NCBI GenBank assembly: GCA_003228115.1
Contig: QEVV01000006.1
Coordinates: 25,094-89,093 of the forward strand
Direction of reading: 5' to 3'
DNA from: Chloroflexota bacterium
GTDB lineage: Bacteria > Chloroflexota > Dehalococcoidia > Lucifugimonadales > SAR202-VII-2
DNA: 64,000 nucleotides
Each line of letters opens with the position of its first letter. Within the stretch, counting starts at the first letter, position 1. Shown here one piece after another: positions 25,825-34,671 of the stretch. Made by a program: the position numbers and the translations under genes. The notes beneath the pieces were generated by a model. The model made no database searches and was not told the DNA's origin. It worked only from the letters and a program-made list of their open reading frames with translations.

Positions 25825-26514
25825 CTAAGCATCGAACCAGCTTCGCGCTTCCTTGCCTTGGAACAGCTTGCCTGTGATGTTGGCAGGCTGCGTTACGAGA
25901 AACAGGGCGGCTGCGGCCGAGGTCCTGGGGTCGCCGGGGGCGTCTGGGGCCATGTCTGTCCGGACCCAGCCTGGCGATAGAACGTTAACCGCCACCCTTC
26001 CCCGGAGCTCCTCAGCCACCGCAAGGCTCATTCCATGCAATGCGAGCTTTGTGACGCCATACGTGCCATGCAAAGTTGGTGACATGATTCCTGCGCGGGA
26101 ACCAAGGTTCAAGACTCTGGGGTCGTCCGACTTTAGTAATAGGCTCAGCATGCGTTTCGTGCACAGGTACGGGCCGAGCACATTCACAGCCATCGCAATG
26201 GATAGCAATTCATCCGGCCCGTCGGTCAATTCACGGCTCTCTTCGGAAAATACAGCGGCGTTGTTGACTAGGATGTCCAGCTTGTCCCACTGGTTCCCAA
26301 CGTATTCGACGACGCGGTCAACATCTTGTGCCTGGGAGACGTCGGCCTGAAGTATTTGGAGGCCCGGTAACGCGCCGAGCGCTTGGGCGAGCTTCGAAGA
26401 GTCTCTGGACACCGCTAGGACGGCAGCGCCTTCTTCGAGAAGTATCTTGCATATTTCGAAGCCTATACCCCGGCTTCCTCCGGTTACCACCGCGGTCTTG
26501 CCGACCAATTGCAT
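25825..26514 (-). CDS. Short-chain dehydrogenase/reductase
   Basis: TGGSRGIG, NNAA and YGVTK motifs. Confidence 0.9.
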   Translation of the reverse strand: MQLVGKTAVVTGGSRGIGFEICKILLEEGAAVLAVSRDSSKLAQALGALPGLQILQADVSQAQDVDRVVEYVGNQWDKLDILVNNAAVFSEESRELTDGPDELLSIAMAVNVLGPYLCTKRMLSLLLKSDDPRVLNLGSRAGIMSPTLHGTYGVTKLALHGMSLAVAEELRGRVAVNVLSPGWVRTDMAPDAPGDPRTSAAAALFLVTQPANITGKLFQGKEARSWFDA

Positions 26515-26637
26515 GCCTCAACTCCATATCAGGCGAGTGGCGACAAGTTACCAGCCGCGCTAGGATGAGGCAACCGGAAAAGCGCAGCCTTTCGCACTTG
26601 GTAACGAACCCTATGCCGTTAAGGAGGCTCCAACATT

Positions 26638-27033
26638 ATGGACAATTCAACTTACAACCAACTAACGAATGAAGAACGCTACGTCATCGAATCAAAGGGG
26701 ACTGAGAGGCCGTTCTCAGGGGAGTACGACAACTTCTACAAAGAGGGCGTCTACATTTGCCGCAGATGCAACGCAGAGCTATACAAGTCGGACGACAAGT
26801 TCGACGCTCACTGTGGCTGGCCAGCCTTCGACCAGGAGATAGAAGGGGCAGTTACTCGTCTGCCTGACCCCGATGGTCACCGAATTGAGATCGAATGCGC
26901 CAACTGCAGTGGCCACCTGGGCCACGTCTTCTTAGGGGAACGCCTAACACCGGCGAACACGCGTCACTGCGTCAACTCACTGTCGATGAAGTTCGTTCCT
27001 GCAGGGGAGAGTAAGGCCACGGCTTCTGGCTAG
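26638..27033 (+). CDS. msrB: Peptide-methionine (R)-S-oxide reductase
   Basis: CRRC...CANC zinc cysteines, GWPAF and RHCVNS (catalytic Cys). AAGGAGG RBS. Confidence 0.95.
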   Translation: MDNSTYNQLTNEERYVIESKGTERPFSGEYDNFYKEGVYICRRCNAELYKSDDKFDAHCGWPAFDQEIEGAVTRLPDPDGHRIEIECANCSGHLGHVFLGERLTPANTRHCVNSLSMKFVPAGESKATASG

Positions 27034-27215
27034 GGCTCCTCGTTGGTGGAGTGGGCTGGCGCATGGCATTCAGTGTGGTAGGGAGACTGCGATTGCCATT
27101 TCCTCAAGCACGCTTACGCAGGATCAACAAGATTCCGCAAATAGCGGAGATAGGGGAAACAGGGTCGAATCAGTGGCCCTTCTACGATAGTCCCAGTTAG
27201 GAAGATGCAACGGGC

Positions 27216-27259
27216 AACCAACGGAAGGGCCCGGATTTCTCCGAGCCCTTCCGTTGGTT
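27216..27259. terminator. Long hairpin between convergent genes
   Basis: 15-bp arms AACCAACGGAAGGGC (27216-27230) and GCCCTTCCGTTGGTT (27245-27259), with additional inner pairs. Confidence 0.55.
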
Positions 27260-27296
27260 ACGATCTTCGCGTGTAGAACCCGAACCCCTTCGGCTG

Positions 27297-27350
27297 CTAG
27301 AACCCGAATCCCTTCGACTGGTTGAAGAACTTCACAGTGCCGTTCGCCAT
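27297..27350 (-). pseudogene. Cold-shock protein (CspA-family) 5' gene fragment
   Basis: ATG at 27350 gives MANGTVKFFNQSKGFGF then a stop. This is the beta1-beta2/RNP-1 part of a cold-shock domain. A second degenerate AAGGGGTTCGGGTTC copy lies 6 nt downstream. The rest of the domain is not found in any frame of 27034-27296. Confidence 0.5.
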
Positions 27351-27824
27351 GTATTGCGGGCCGGTTCCATCGCCAGGATCGATTGTTGCGCGCACCGCTG
27401 CCAGCGCAGTGGTCAACGCCCTAGGGTCGGTTGGGTCGGTCAGCGTGCCTCGTAGTGACAAGGAAACCATCTCGATTGGTATTTTGGAGAACTCTATGTC
27501 ATATGTAACATCAAAGAAAGAATCGACGTTGAAGCTAGAGGCCCTAACGCCGTCCAAACCGCTTGACCCGATGTTCGCCACTCCGTACGTGATGTCGAAG
27601 AATGAGTCCACGATAAAGCCGGACTCCGCGGGGTCGAGCTCGATAATACGTGCCATTACCTGGTCAGGCGTTGTACTGAAGACAGCTAGTTCTATCCGCA
27701 CTTCGCCTTTTACGTTAGTGGCAGCCTGAGCTTCGGGCTGATACATGGCGAATAGTGCCGCCGCCGCGACAGCGACGAGCATCGAAACCGACAGCGCCCA
27801 GGCCCTCTTGCGTATGAATTGCAT
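27297..27824 (-). CDS. Secreted hypothetical protein (signal peptide; internal VDSFFD[IV]TY duplication) whose ORF ends in a cold-shock-protein N-terminal fragment
   Basis: N-terminus MQFIRKRAWALSVSMLVAVAAAALFAMYQPEAQA is a signal peptide. The motif DSFFDITY / DSFFDVTY occurs twice. The last 17 codons read MANGTVKFFNQSKGFGF. Confidence 0.55.
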   Translation of the reverse strand: MQFIRKRAWALSVSMLVAVAAAALFAMYQPEAQAATNVKGEVRIELAVFSTTPDQVMARIIELDPAESGFIVDSFFDITYGVANIGSSGLDGVRASSFNVDSFFDVTYDIEFSKIPIEMVSLSLRGTLTDPTDPRALTTALAAVRATIDPGDGTGPQYMANGTVKFFNQSKGFGF

Positions 27825-27927
27825 ACTGACTCCTCCTCCGAATAATCACTGACCCAACTAAGGTTGTCACAGCGCGGGGCGCATCGCAATGAGTCATATT
27901 TCCTAATTGCAGTCCATTCCGCTGGAC

Positions 27928-28995
27928 CTAGTAGCCCCTTGCCCGATCCACCTCGTTTAGTAGGGGGTCACCTGCCAGGTATCGGCGCAAGTTCTCCTTC
28001 ATGAGTTCCCGCATCGCTTGGTCTGGGCCGGAGCCACGTTGCGCCGAAATGTGGGGAGTGAGCAACACTTGAGGCCATTCAAGAAACTCGCTGCGAGGCG
28101 GCTGGCCCTCCAGCTCTCCGGCGTAGACATCCAGTACGGCCCCTCGAATACTCCCCTGTCTCAGGGCCGCCACTAGGTCATCCTCGTTGACGACTTCGCC
28201 TCGGGCTACGTTGATGAAAACAGCGGTGGGCTTCATAGCTTCGAACAGCCGCCGATCAATCAATCCTTGGGTTTCCCTGGTGAGTTGCGCGCAGAAGACC
28301 ATGAAGTCGCTCTGCTGGGCCATGTTCAGAAGTCCGGCCGCAGGCATCACTACGTCAGCATTGTCTGTGTCGCGGAGTTCCTCATGGAGGGACCGGCGAG
28401 TGGCTAGCACCCTCATTCCGAGAGCCTTGCCCAAACGGGCCACTTCTTTCCCGATGCCACCAAGCCCAATGATGCCCAACGTAGCGCCCTTAACGGTCGC
28501 CATCCGATCCCGGGTTGTGTGATCCATCTGACCCTGCTGCTTGGCCACGACGCTTTCGTGAAAGCCCCGACTAAAGTACAGCACGCCAGACATGACGTAT
28601 TCGGCGATGGAGGTGGTGCCCACGCTGCCCCGCCCCGTTGTGAGCATAACATCCGATTCCCACAGGTCCGAAGCCCAAAGGTTGGATACGCCGGCTTGGA
28701 CGTGGTGCATCCACTTGACCCGCGGAGCTCTGCGGCTAAGATCTGGCAACACCGGGTGGCTGGTCACGATGATGTCAGCGTCCGACAGCATTTTCTCCCG
28801 CACAGCAGGGGAGGGAGCGATAACTCCGGCCGCCAACTTCCTGCGAGATGGCAGGCCCCGTTCCTCCAATTCAGCCAAATAGGCCGCGTTGCCATCAACG
28901 ACCTTCATACGTGGATCAAGGGCTTCAATGAAAGCCAAATCAGAACCCAGGGGCGGCGCCATAATAAGCACCGTTACTTGATCAGAAGTGGGCAC
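27928..28995 (-). CDS. D-isomer-specific 2-hydroxyacid dehydrogenase family
   Basis: GIIGLGGIGKEVA NAD motif, ARGEVV and TPHIS. GTG 28995 follows GGAGGG with a 6-nt spacer. The N-terminal ~58 aa of the track ORF look non-coding. Confidence 0.8.
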   Translation of the reverse strand: MPTSDQVTVLIMAPPLGSDLAFIEALDPRMKVVDGNAAYLAELEERGLPSRRKLAAGVIAPSPAVREKMLSDADIIVTSHPVLPDLSRRAPRVKWMHHVQAGVSNLWASDLWESDVMLTTGRGSVGTTSIAEYVMSGVLYFSRGFHESVVAKQQGQMDHTTRDRMATVKGATLGIIGLGGIGKEVARLGKALGMRVLATRRSLHEELRDTDNADVVMPAAGLLNMAQQSDFMVFCAQLTRETQGLIDRRLFEAMKPTAVFINVARGEVVNEDDLVAALRQGSIRGAVLDVYAGELEGQPPRSEFLEWPQVLLTPHISAQRGSGPDQAMRELMKENLRRYLAGDPLLNEVDRARGY

Positions 28996-29204
28996 TGTCG
29001 ACCCTCCAGGTGGAGTGCGGCCTCCTACGGATGCAGCCGTTACCGTATCCACGGTAAGATGCTGCGTCAACGGTGGTCCCGCCAGACACAGCGGGCAAGC
29101 CACCACCTGCAACAAAAGTACGGCGTTTGAAATGACCAGCAAGATTTCTCCCTCTGGTCGAAATGACAAAGTAAGCTAGCGAGGCAATCGAAACCCCAAC
29201 AACG

Positions 29205-29972
29205 GTGGCAATGGGAAAAAGCATGACAAACCAGGCCGATGTTCAAACGCTCAAGCAAAAGGTCGCGGAGAGTTCGCAGATATTGGACCACGAGGGGCTG
29301 GTGGACTATCACGGCCACGTCAGTGCTCGGATCCCCGGTACTCACCTCTTGCTGATTAAGCCGGTAGCCCGCCCGCACTATTCGATCAAGCCGGAAGATA
29401 TCCTGACGGTCGATATTGAGGAGTACGCGGCCGCGGACATGAGCCAGTGGGACCCAAGCAAGCAAAAAGGACGGACGATTGATTCACCGGTGCCGCCGCG
29501 GGAAACAATGCTTCACGTGTCCATCTACCAAGCCCGCCTTGATGTAATGAGCGTAGTCCACACGCACCAACTGATCGCTACGGCGATGGGGGTGGGCAAC
29601 ACGCCTATCAAGGCTCTCTACAACCAAGCCCTCCCCTTTGCGCCGGAAACCCCGATCTTCCCGAAGCCCAATCTCATCGCAAACATTGCTCTAGGCCGTG
29701 AGGCCGCCGCCTGCCTGGCTGACCGCAACGCTATGCTGATGCGGGGCCATGGGGTCGTAGTGGTGGGAGAATCTGTGGAACATGCTGTCAGCAACACCAT
29801 CTATCTTGAAAGGACGGCGCTCATGCAAGTGATTGCTAGCATCGTAGGGTCTCCCACCGCTCTTTCCCCCGAATATATTGCGGAGTTTGGCCCGGACTGG
29901 AACCGACGCGCCTCTCATGCATACGAATACTTCAGGTCGTTGGTCCCAAGCCTCGGCGGAAAACGAGGGTAG
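29205..29972 (+). CDS. Class II aldolase/adducin N-terminal domain family protein
   Basis: GHVSARIPG, VVHTH and MRGHGVVVVG motifs. Confidence 0.8.
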   Translation: MAMGKSMTNQADVQTLKQKVAESSQILDHEGLVDYHGHVSARIPGTHLLLIKPVARPHYSIKPEDILTVDIEEYAAADMSQWDPSKQKGRTIDSPVPPRETMLHVSIYQARLDVMSVVHTHQLIATAMGVGNTPIKALYNQALPFAPETPIFPKPNLIANIALGREAAACLADRNAMLMRGHGVVVVGESVEHAVSNTIYLERTALMQVIASIVGSPTALSPEYIAEFGPDWNRRASHAYEYFRSLVPSLGGKRG

Positions 29973-29989
29973 ACCACCACTATTCAGCA

Positions 29990-30715
29990 CTAGCCGCAGA
30001 GCAGTTGGAACAGCGACGAAGAGGAGAGCGGCAGCCCAGGCCAATCGTTGGTGCCCACCATCAAACGGGGATGAAGCCCATTAATTCCCAGGTCTGGCGC
30101 ATGGTGCAACGTGATAAGCGGGAGGTCTGGGAATCGTTCTCTAAGAAAGGTTACATTCTCTAACTGAACGTCGGTAAGCACGAAATCGATACCATTCAAA
30201 ACAATGAATTCTACTGAGAGCCCATGCGCCTTTGCGGCCTCCAAGGTCAAGAGGGTGTGGTTTAAAGTCCCCAACCCGGGCCGGGCCACGAGAATTATGG
30301 ACGCATTGGCCATCTCGGCGAGGTGTCTGAAATCATGACCATCAGCGTCGATTGGGACGAGCAATCCCCCCGAGCCCTCAATGAGGGTGACGTCGTGCCT
30401 TTCGGCCAGCTTCCGACAGTTCTGAGCCAATTCTACGATGTCGATGTCGCGTCCGGCTCTGCGAGCCGCGATCGCTGGGGCCAGCGGATCGGGCAGGGAT
30501 ATCAACGTTTCAAGGGTCATATGTCGACCCGCCGTTAGCTTGGCGTATACGGTCTGGTCCGCTTGAGCCCCGTCCGCCACACCCGTTTGGATCCCTTTTA
30601 TGAGGGCGACACTGCAATGCGAGGCAAGCTCAAAGGCCATCCAGCCAGACACCACAGTTTTACCGACATCCGTGTCCGTGCCAGTTACGAGATAGGTGCG
30701 CACCGGTTCGCTCAA
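29990..30715 (-). CDS. bioD: Dethiobiotin synthetase
   Basis: YLVTGTDTDVGKT P-loop. The track start is TTG 30715, which overlaps the upstream TGA (cTTGAgc). An alternative GTG lies 12 nt inside. Confidence 0.9.
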   Translation of the reverse strand: MSEPVRTYLVTGTDTDVGKTVVSGWMAFELASHCSVALIKGIQTGVADGAQADQTVYAKLTAGRHMTLETLISLPDPLAPAIAARRAGRDIDIVELAQNCRKLAERHDVTLIEGSGGLLVPIDADGHDFRHLAEMANASIILVARPGLGTLNHTLLTLEAAKAHGLSVEFIVLNGIDFVLTDVQLENVTFLRERFPDLPLITLHHAPDLGINGLHPRLMVGTNDWPGLPLSSSSLFQLLCG

Positions 30716-31950
30716 GACGGCTTCCGGAAGACCAAGCAGGCGTTGTGACCGCCGAAGCCAAAGGAATTGGACGCTACGATGTCCATGTTAGCTTTCCGTG
30801 CGACACCAGTAACGTAGTCCAAATCGCATGCAGGGTCGGGGTTGGTTAGATTGATCGTGGGTGGAAGCTGACCGGAGCCCAGTGCTTTGATCGCCGCAAC
30901 CGCCTGTACCGCCCCTGAGGCGCCCAAAAGGTGCCCGGTCATGGACTTGATGGCGGTGACTGGAACCCGCCCTGACCATTCAGCGAATGCAGCCTTGATG
31001 GCTGCCGTTTCCGCCAAGTCGCCAACCGGTGTACTCGCCGCGTGGGCGAAAATTGCGTTCACCTCGTCAGCAGATACGCTTGCCTTCTTAAGCGCCCCCG
31101 TAATCGCCCGGGCTGCGCTGGTGCCGTCGGGAATGGGACGGGTCTCGTGATAACCGTCGCTAGTTGCGCCGTAACCAGCGACCTCAGCGTAGATCTTCGC
31201 CCCTCTCGTCTGCGCCCGTTCCCATTCTTCTAAAACGAGCACGCCGGCGCCCTCGCCCAAAACGAAACCATCGCGGCCTGCGTCAAAAGGGCGGCTGGCC
31301 TCTGAAGGCGCATCATTACGCCTGGACAGAGCCCCAAGGGCGTCATCGCCGGCGAGAGTCAAGGGAGTGATACAGGCTTCAGAGGCACCGCAAAGCATAA
31401 CCTCGGCATCTCCTCGACGGATGATTTCCGCCGCTTCACCGATGGCGTGGGCACCGGTAGCACAAGCAGAGGAGACTCCAAAGCTGGGGCCTCTTAAGCC
31501 CAGGATGATAGCGGTTTGGGCTGCGGCCATATTGCTCAACATCTTTGGAGAGAGAAGGGGAGACACTCCACCAGGGTCTGCTCCCATGACTTTCCTTGCT
31601 TCGCTTAAGGCGGTCTCTTCTCCTCCGTGGCTTGATCCTATGATCACGCCGACGTCGTAAGGGTCGATGGACTCGGCGCCACATCCCGAATCAGTCCAGG
31701 CTTCCAGTGCGGCGGACACACCGAATACAGAGAACCTGTCGAGCCTTCTGAGCTTGCGGCCCTCCAGCTCAGCAGGGACGGTAAAGTCCCGCACCTCGGC
31801 GGCAATGTGGGTGCGGAAGTTCGATGGGTCGAAGAGGCTTATATGATCGACTCCAGAGCGGCCCGCTAGGAGGCCGTTCCAGAATGATTCAACGTTGTGA
31901 CCCAGTGGCGTGACCACGCCAAGGCCGGTAACAGCGATCCGTCTGCTCAT
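30712..31950 (-). CDS. Beta-ketoacyl-ACP synthase II-type condensing enzyme embedded in the biotin operon
   Basis: SSACATGAHAIG (active-site Cys), AHAASTPVGD (His) and TGHLLGASG (His). C-terminus SNSFGFGGHNACLVF. Confidence 0.9.
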   Translation of the reverse strand: MSRRIAVTGLGVVTPLGHNVESFWNGLLAGRSGVDHISLFDPSNFRTHIAAEVRDFTVPAELEGRKLRRLDRFSVFGVSAALEAWTDSGCGAESIDPYDVGVIIGSSHGGEETALSEARKVMGADPGGVSPLLSPKMLSNMAAAQTAIILGLRGPSFGVSSACATGAHAIGEAAEIIRRGDAEVMLCGASEACITPLTLAGDDALGALSRRNDAPSEASRPFDAGRDGFVLGEGAGVLVLEEWERAQTRGAKIYAEVAGYGATSDGYHETRPIPDGTSAARAITGALKKASVSADEVNAIFAHAASTPVGDLAETAAIKAAFAEWSGRVPVTAIKSMTGHLLGASGAVQAVAAIKALGSGQLPPTINLTNPDPACDLDYVTGVARKANMDIVASNSFGFGGHNACLVFRKPS

Positions 31951-32006
31951 GATGAATCCGTGTCCTGCCGATATTCCCTACGGAAGGATACCATCATGAC
32001 TGAGGA

Positions 32007-33194
32007 TCAGAGTATGCCCAATTCCTTTCCGGCCTCTTCGAAGACGGTAAGGGCCCAATGCAGGTCGGCGGCCTCATGGGTGGCCATGACGCTCAAACGG
32101 ACACGGGAAGCGCCCGGTGGAACGGTTGGGGGCCGGACGGCGACGGTGAAAAGTCCCTTCTCCCTCAACTTGAGCGCGAACTCCAGTGTCTTTCCCGGAC
32201 TGCCCACGACTATGGGGATGATCTGAGTGGAGGACGCTAGGATGTTGAATCCCTGCGCCCTGAGGCCATCACGCATGAGCGTCGAGTTCTCGGCCAGCCT
32301 GGTCACCAACTCAGGTTCTTGTTGTAGCACTCCGAGCGCCGCCTCTGAGGCAGCCACGACCGGGGCCGGAAGTGCCGTGGTGTAAATGAAGCTGCGTGAA
32401 GAGTTGACGAGGTAGCTTCGTATGGACTCAGTCGACGCCGCGATGCCGCCCAGGCTCCCCAGCGCTTTGCTCAATGTACTCATGGACACCGTAACTCTGC
32501 TAGCGAGGCCTTCCAGCGCCAACGCCCCCTTTCCTTCAGGCCCTACGCACCCCGTAGCATGGGCCTCATCCACCAAGAGCATCGCGTTGTGACGTTCGCA
32601 TATCTCAACGATGTCTGCTAAGGGAGCAACATCTCCATCCATGCTGAACACGGTCTCAGTGACGACCAACCGCTTCCCCTTCGCGGTGCTCTTGTCGACT
32701 TGGCTGAGCACACCATCAAGGGCATTGGCATCAAGGTGAGCGTAGGTCCGGTAATCAGCGCCGCTTAACCGAGCGCCATCTATGATGCTGGCGTGATTGA
32801 GCGCGTCGCCCACGACGTAGTCGCCACTCCCAACCAGCGATTGAATTATTCCAAGGTTGGCCGCATAGCCCGTCGTGTATAGGAGGGACGCTCCGAATCC
32901 CTTGAACTCAGCAAACCGCGCTTCAAAGGCTTCATGGACATCGGTTGTACCGGAGATGAGCCTAGACGCTCCGGCGCCCCAACCGTGGGTTTCTGACGCC
33001 TGATGCGCTGCAACGCGTAGTTCTGGTCGGTTGGCCAAGCCTAGATAGTTGTTGGAGCTGAAATTGAGGAGCCTGACCCCATCAACAATCACCCAGGGCT
33101 CAGACCCACCGAGGACAGGCCTCGTCCCGCGGAGCAGGTTGCGCCCCCTAAGAGCATCCAGCCGACGGGCGATAAATTGAGGGTCGGAAGTCAA
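32007..33194 (-). CDS. bioF: 8-amino-7-oxononanoate synthase
   Basis: NNYLGLA, VDEAHATG and STLSKALGSLGG (PLP Lys). Located between bioA and bioD. Confidence 0.9.
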   Translation of the reverse strand: MTSDPQFIARRLDALRGRNLLRGTRPVLGGSEPWVIVDGVRLLNFSSNNYLGLANRPELRVAAHQASETHGWGAGASRLISGTTDVHEAFEARFAEFKGFGASLLYTTGYAANLGIIQSLVGSGDYVVGDALNHASIIDGARLSGADYRTYAHLDANALDGVLSQVDKSTAKGKRLVVTETVFSMDGDVAPLADIVEICERHNAMLLVDEAHATGCVGPEGKGALALEGLASRVTVSMSTLSKALGSLGGIAASTESIRSYLVNSSRSFIYTTALPAPVVAASEAALGVLQQEPELVTRLAENSTLMRDGLRAQGFNILASSTQIIPIVVGSPGKTLEFALKLREKGLFTVAVRPPTVPPGASRVRLSVMATHEAADLHWALTVFEEAGKELGIL

Positions 33195-33273
33195 AGGAGT
33201 GTCACCAAAGGTTTCTGGGAGAGGGCGGAGGCTTTAGACAGCGGTACTTCCTGTGGCGTAATCCCAAGAGCCC

Positions 33274-34638
33274 TCAGTGACCACTCTTTGGGCCACCAAG
33301 CTCCTTGGCCACTTTGTCGAGGCCATAGCCGATGGAATCAACGATTTGTATGAGCTGGTCCTCTTCGATCGAGAGAGGAGGCATGACAACGAGGACATCG
33401 CCCAGAGGGCGGAGCAGCACGCCACGGTCGCGAGCAGCAAGGGAAACCCGAGCGCCTATCCCTTCGCTGGAGTCGAACGGAGTCTTGTTGGAAGCATCCC
33501 GGACGAGTTCGATGCCAGCCATCAGCCCCTGCTGCCTAATATCCCCTACGAGTGGGTGACCGCCAAAGTTTTCCTGGAGGAGTGTGCGGAGGAACGAGGA
33601 CCTCTCCAGAACTCGCTCTAGGACCGGAGATTCCTCGAAGACGTCAAGATTGGCGATAGCGGCAGCGGCACAAATGGGATTACCGGCGAAGGTATGCCCG
33701 TGGTACAGCGTACTGGCGCTGCCGTAGGTCTGATCGTAGAACGCCTGATATATCTCGTCCTTGGCGATGGTTGCAGACATCGGAAGGTAGCCACCGGTCA
33801 TGCCCTTGCCAATCGTCATGATGTCAGGTGTAACCCATTCAAGGTCGCAGGCGAACATGGCTCCAGTCTTGCCGAAGCCGGTGGCGATTTCGTCAGCTAT
33901 TAGCAGCACACCATGACGGGCGCAACTCTGTGCGACACGAGCCAAGTGCCCTTCTGGAGCGACGATCATGCCCGCTGCCGCTTGGACTCTGGGCTCGACG
34001 ATGACGGCCGCAATTTCATGGCCTCGAGTTTTGAGCAGTTCTTCAATTGGGTCAAGACAGGCAAGTGTGCATTCGGAAGCGCAGAGGTCACATCGATAGG
34101 CGTAGGGATTGGGAATTCGAAGGGGCTCGAACAGCAGGGGCCCGTAGGAATCTCGAAACCGGCCCACACCCCCAACACTGACCGCTCCCGCCGTATCTCC
34201 GTGGTAGGCCATATCAAGCGACACAATCAGTTGTTTTTCGGGCTGGCCTTTGTTGGCCCAATACTGGATCGCCATTTTCAGAGCGACCTCAACAGCGCTT
34301 GCGCCATCGCCGCTGAAGAAGAAACGGGACAGCTCAGGGGGCAAGTGCTTGGAAAGGCGGTTCGCCAATTCCTCAGCAACGGAATGAGTAGCGCCGAGGA
34401 GGGTGCTGTGTTGCAGCGTAGCGGCCTGACGTTGGATGGCTTCGACGATGTGCGGGTGGCTGTGACCGTGGACTATCGCCCACATGGAGGAAACGGCGTC
34501 GACGTAGCGTTTGCCGTCCGTTCCTATCAGATGGTTACCCTCACCACTAGCAACGACCACTTGCGGGTCGGCATCGAAGCGGGCCATCTGGGTGAACGGG
34601 TGCCATATCTTCTGTTCGCTGCTGGACGGCTCGCCCAC
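33274..34638 (-). CDS. bioA: Adenosylmethionine-8-amino-7-oxononanoate aminotransferase
   Basis: Class III aminotransferase pattern (LIADEIATGFGKTG, TIGKGMTGGYLP) in a bio operon context. Confidence 0.9.
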   Translation of the reverse strand: MGEPSSSEQKIWHPFTQMARFDADPQVVVASGEGNHLIGTDGKRYVDAVSSMWAIVHGHSHPHIVEAIQRQAATLQHSTLLGATHSVAEELANRLSKHLPPELSRFFFSGDGASAVEVALKMAIQYWANKGQPEKQLIVSLDMAYHGDTAGAVSVGGVGRFRDSYGPLLFEPLRIPNPYAYRCDLCASECTLACLDPIEELLKTRGHEIAAVIVEPRVQAAAGMIVAPEGHLARVAQSCARHGVLLIADEIATGFGKTGAMFACDLEWVTPDIMTIGKGMTGGYLPMSATIAKDEIYQAFYDQTYGSASTLYHGHTFAGNPICAAAAIANLDVFEESPVLERVLERSSFLRTLLQENFGGHPLVGDIRQQGLMAGIELVRDASNKTPFDSSEGIGARVSLAARDRGVLLRPLGDVLVVMPPLSIEEDQLIQIVDSIGYGLDKVAKELGGPKSGH

Positions 34639-34671
34639 ATCGCCACCTTGAGCCAGGTTCGGACCTGAGTA

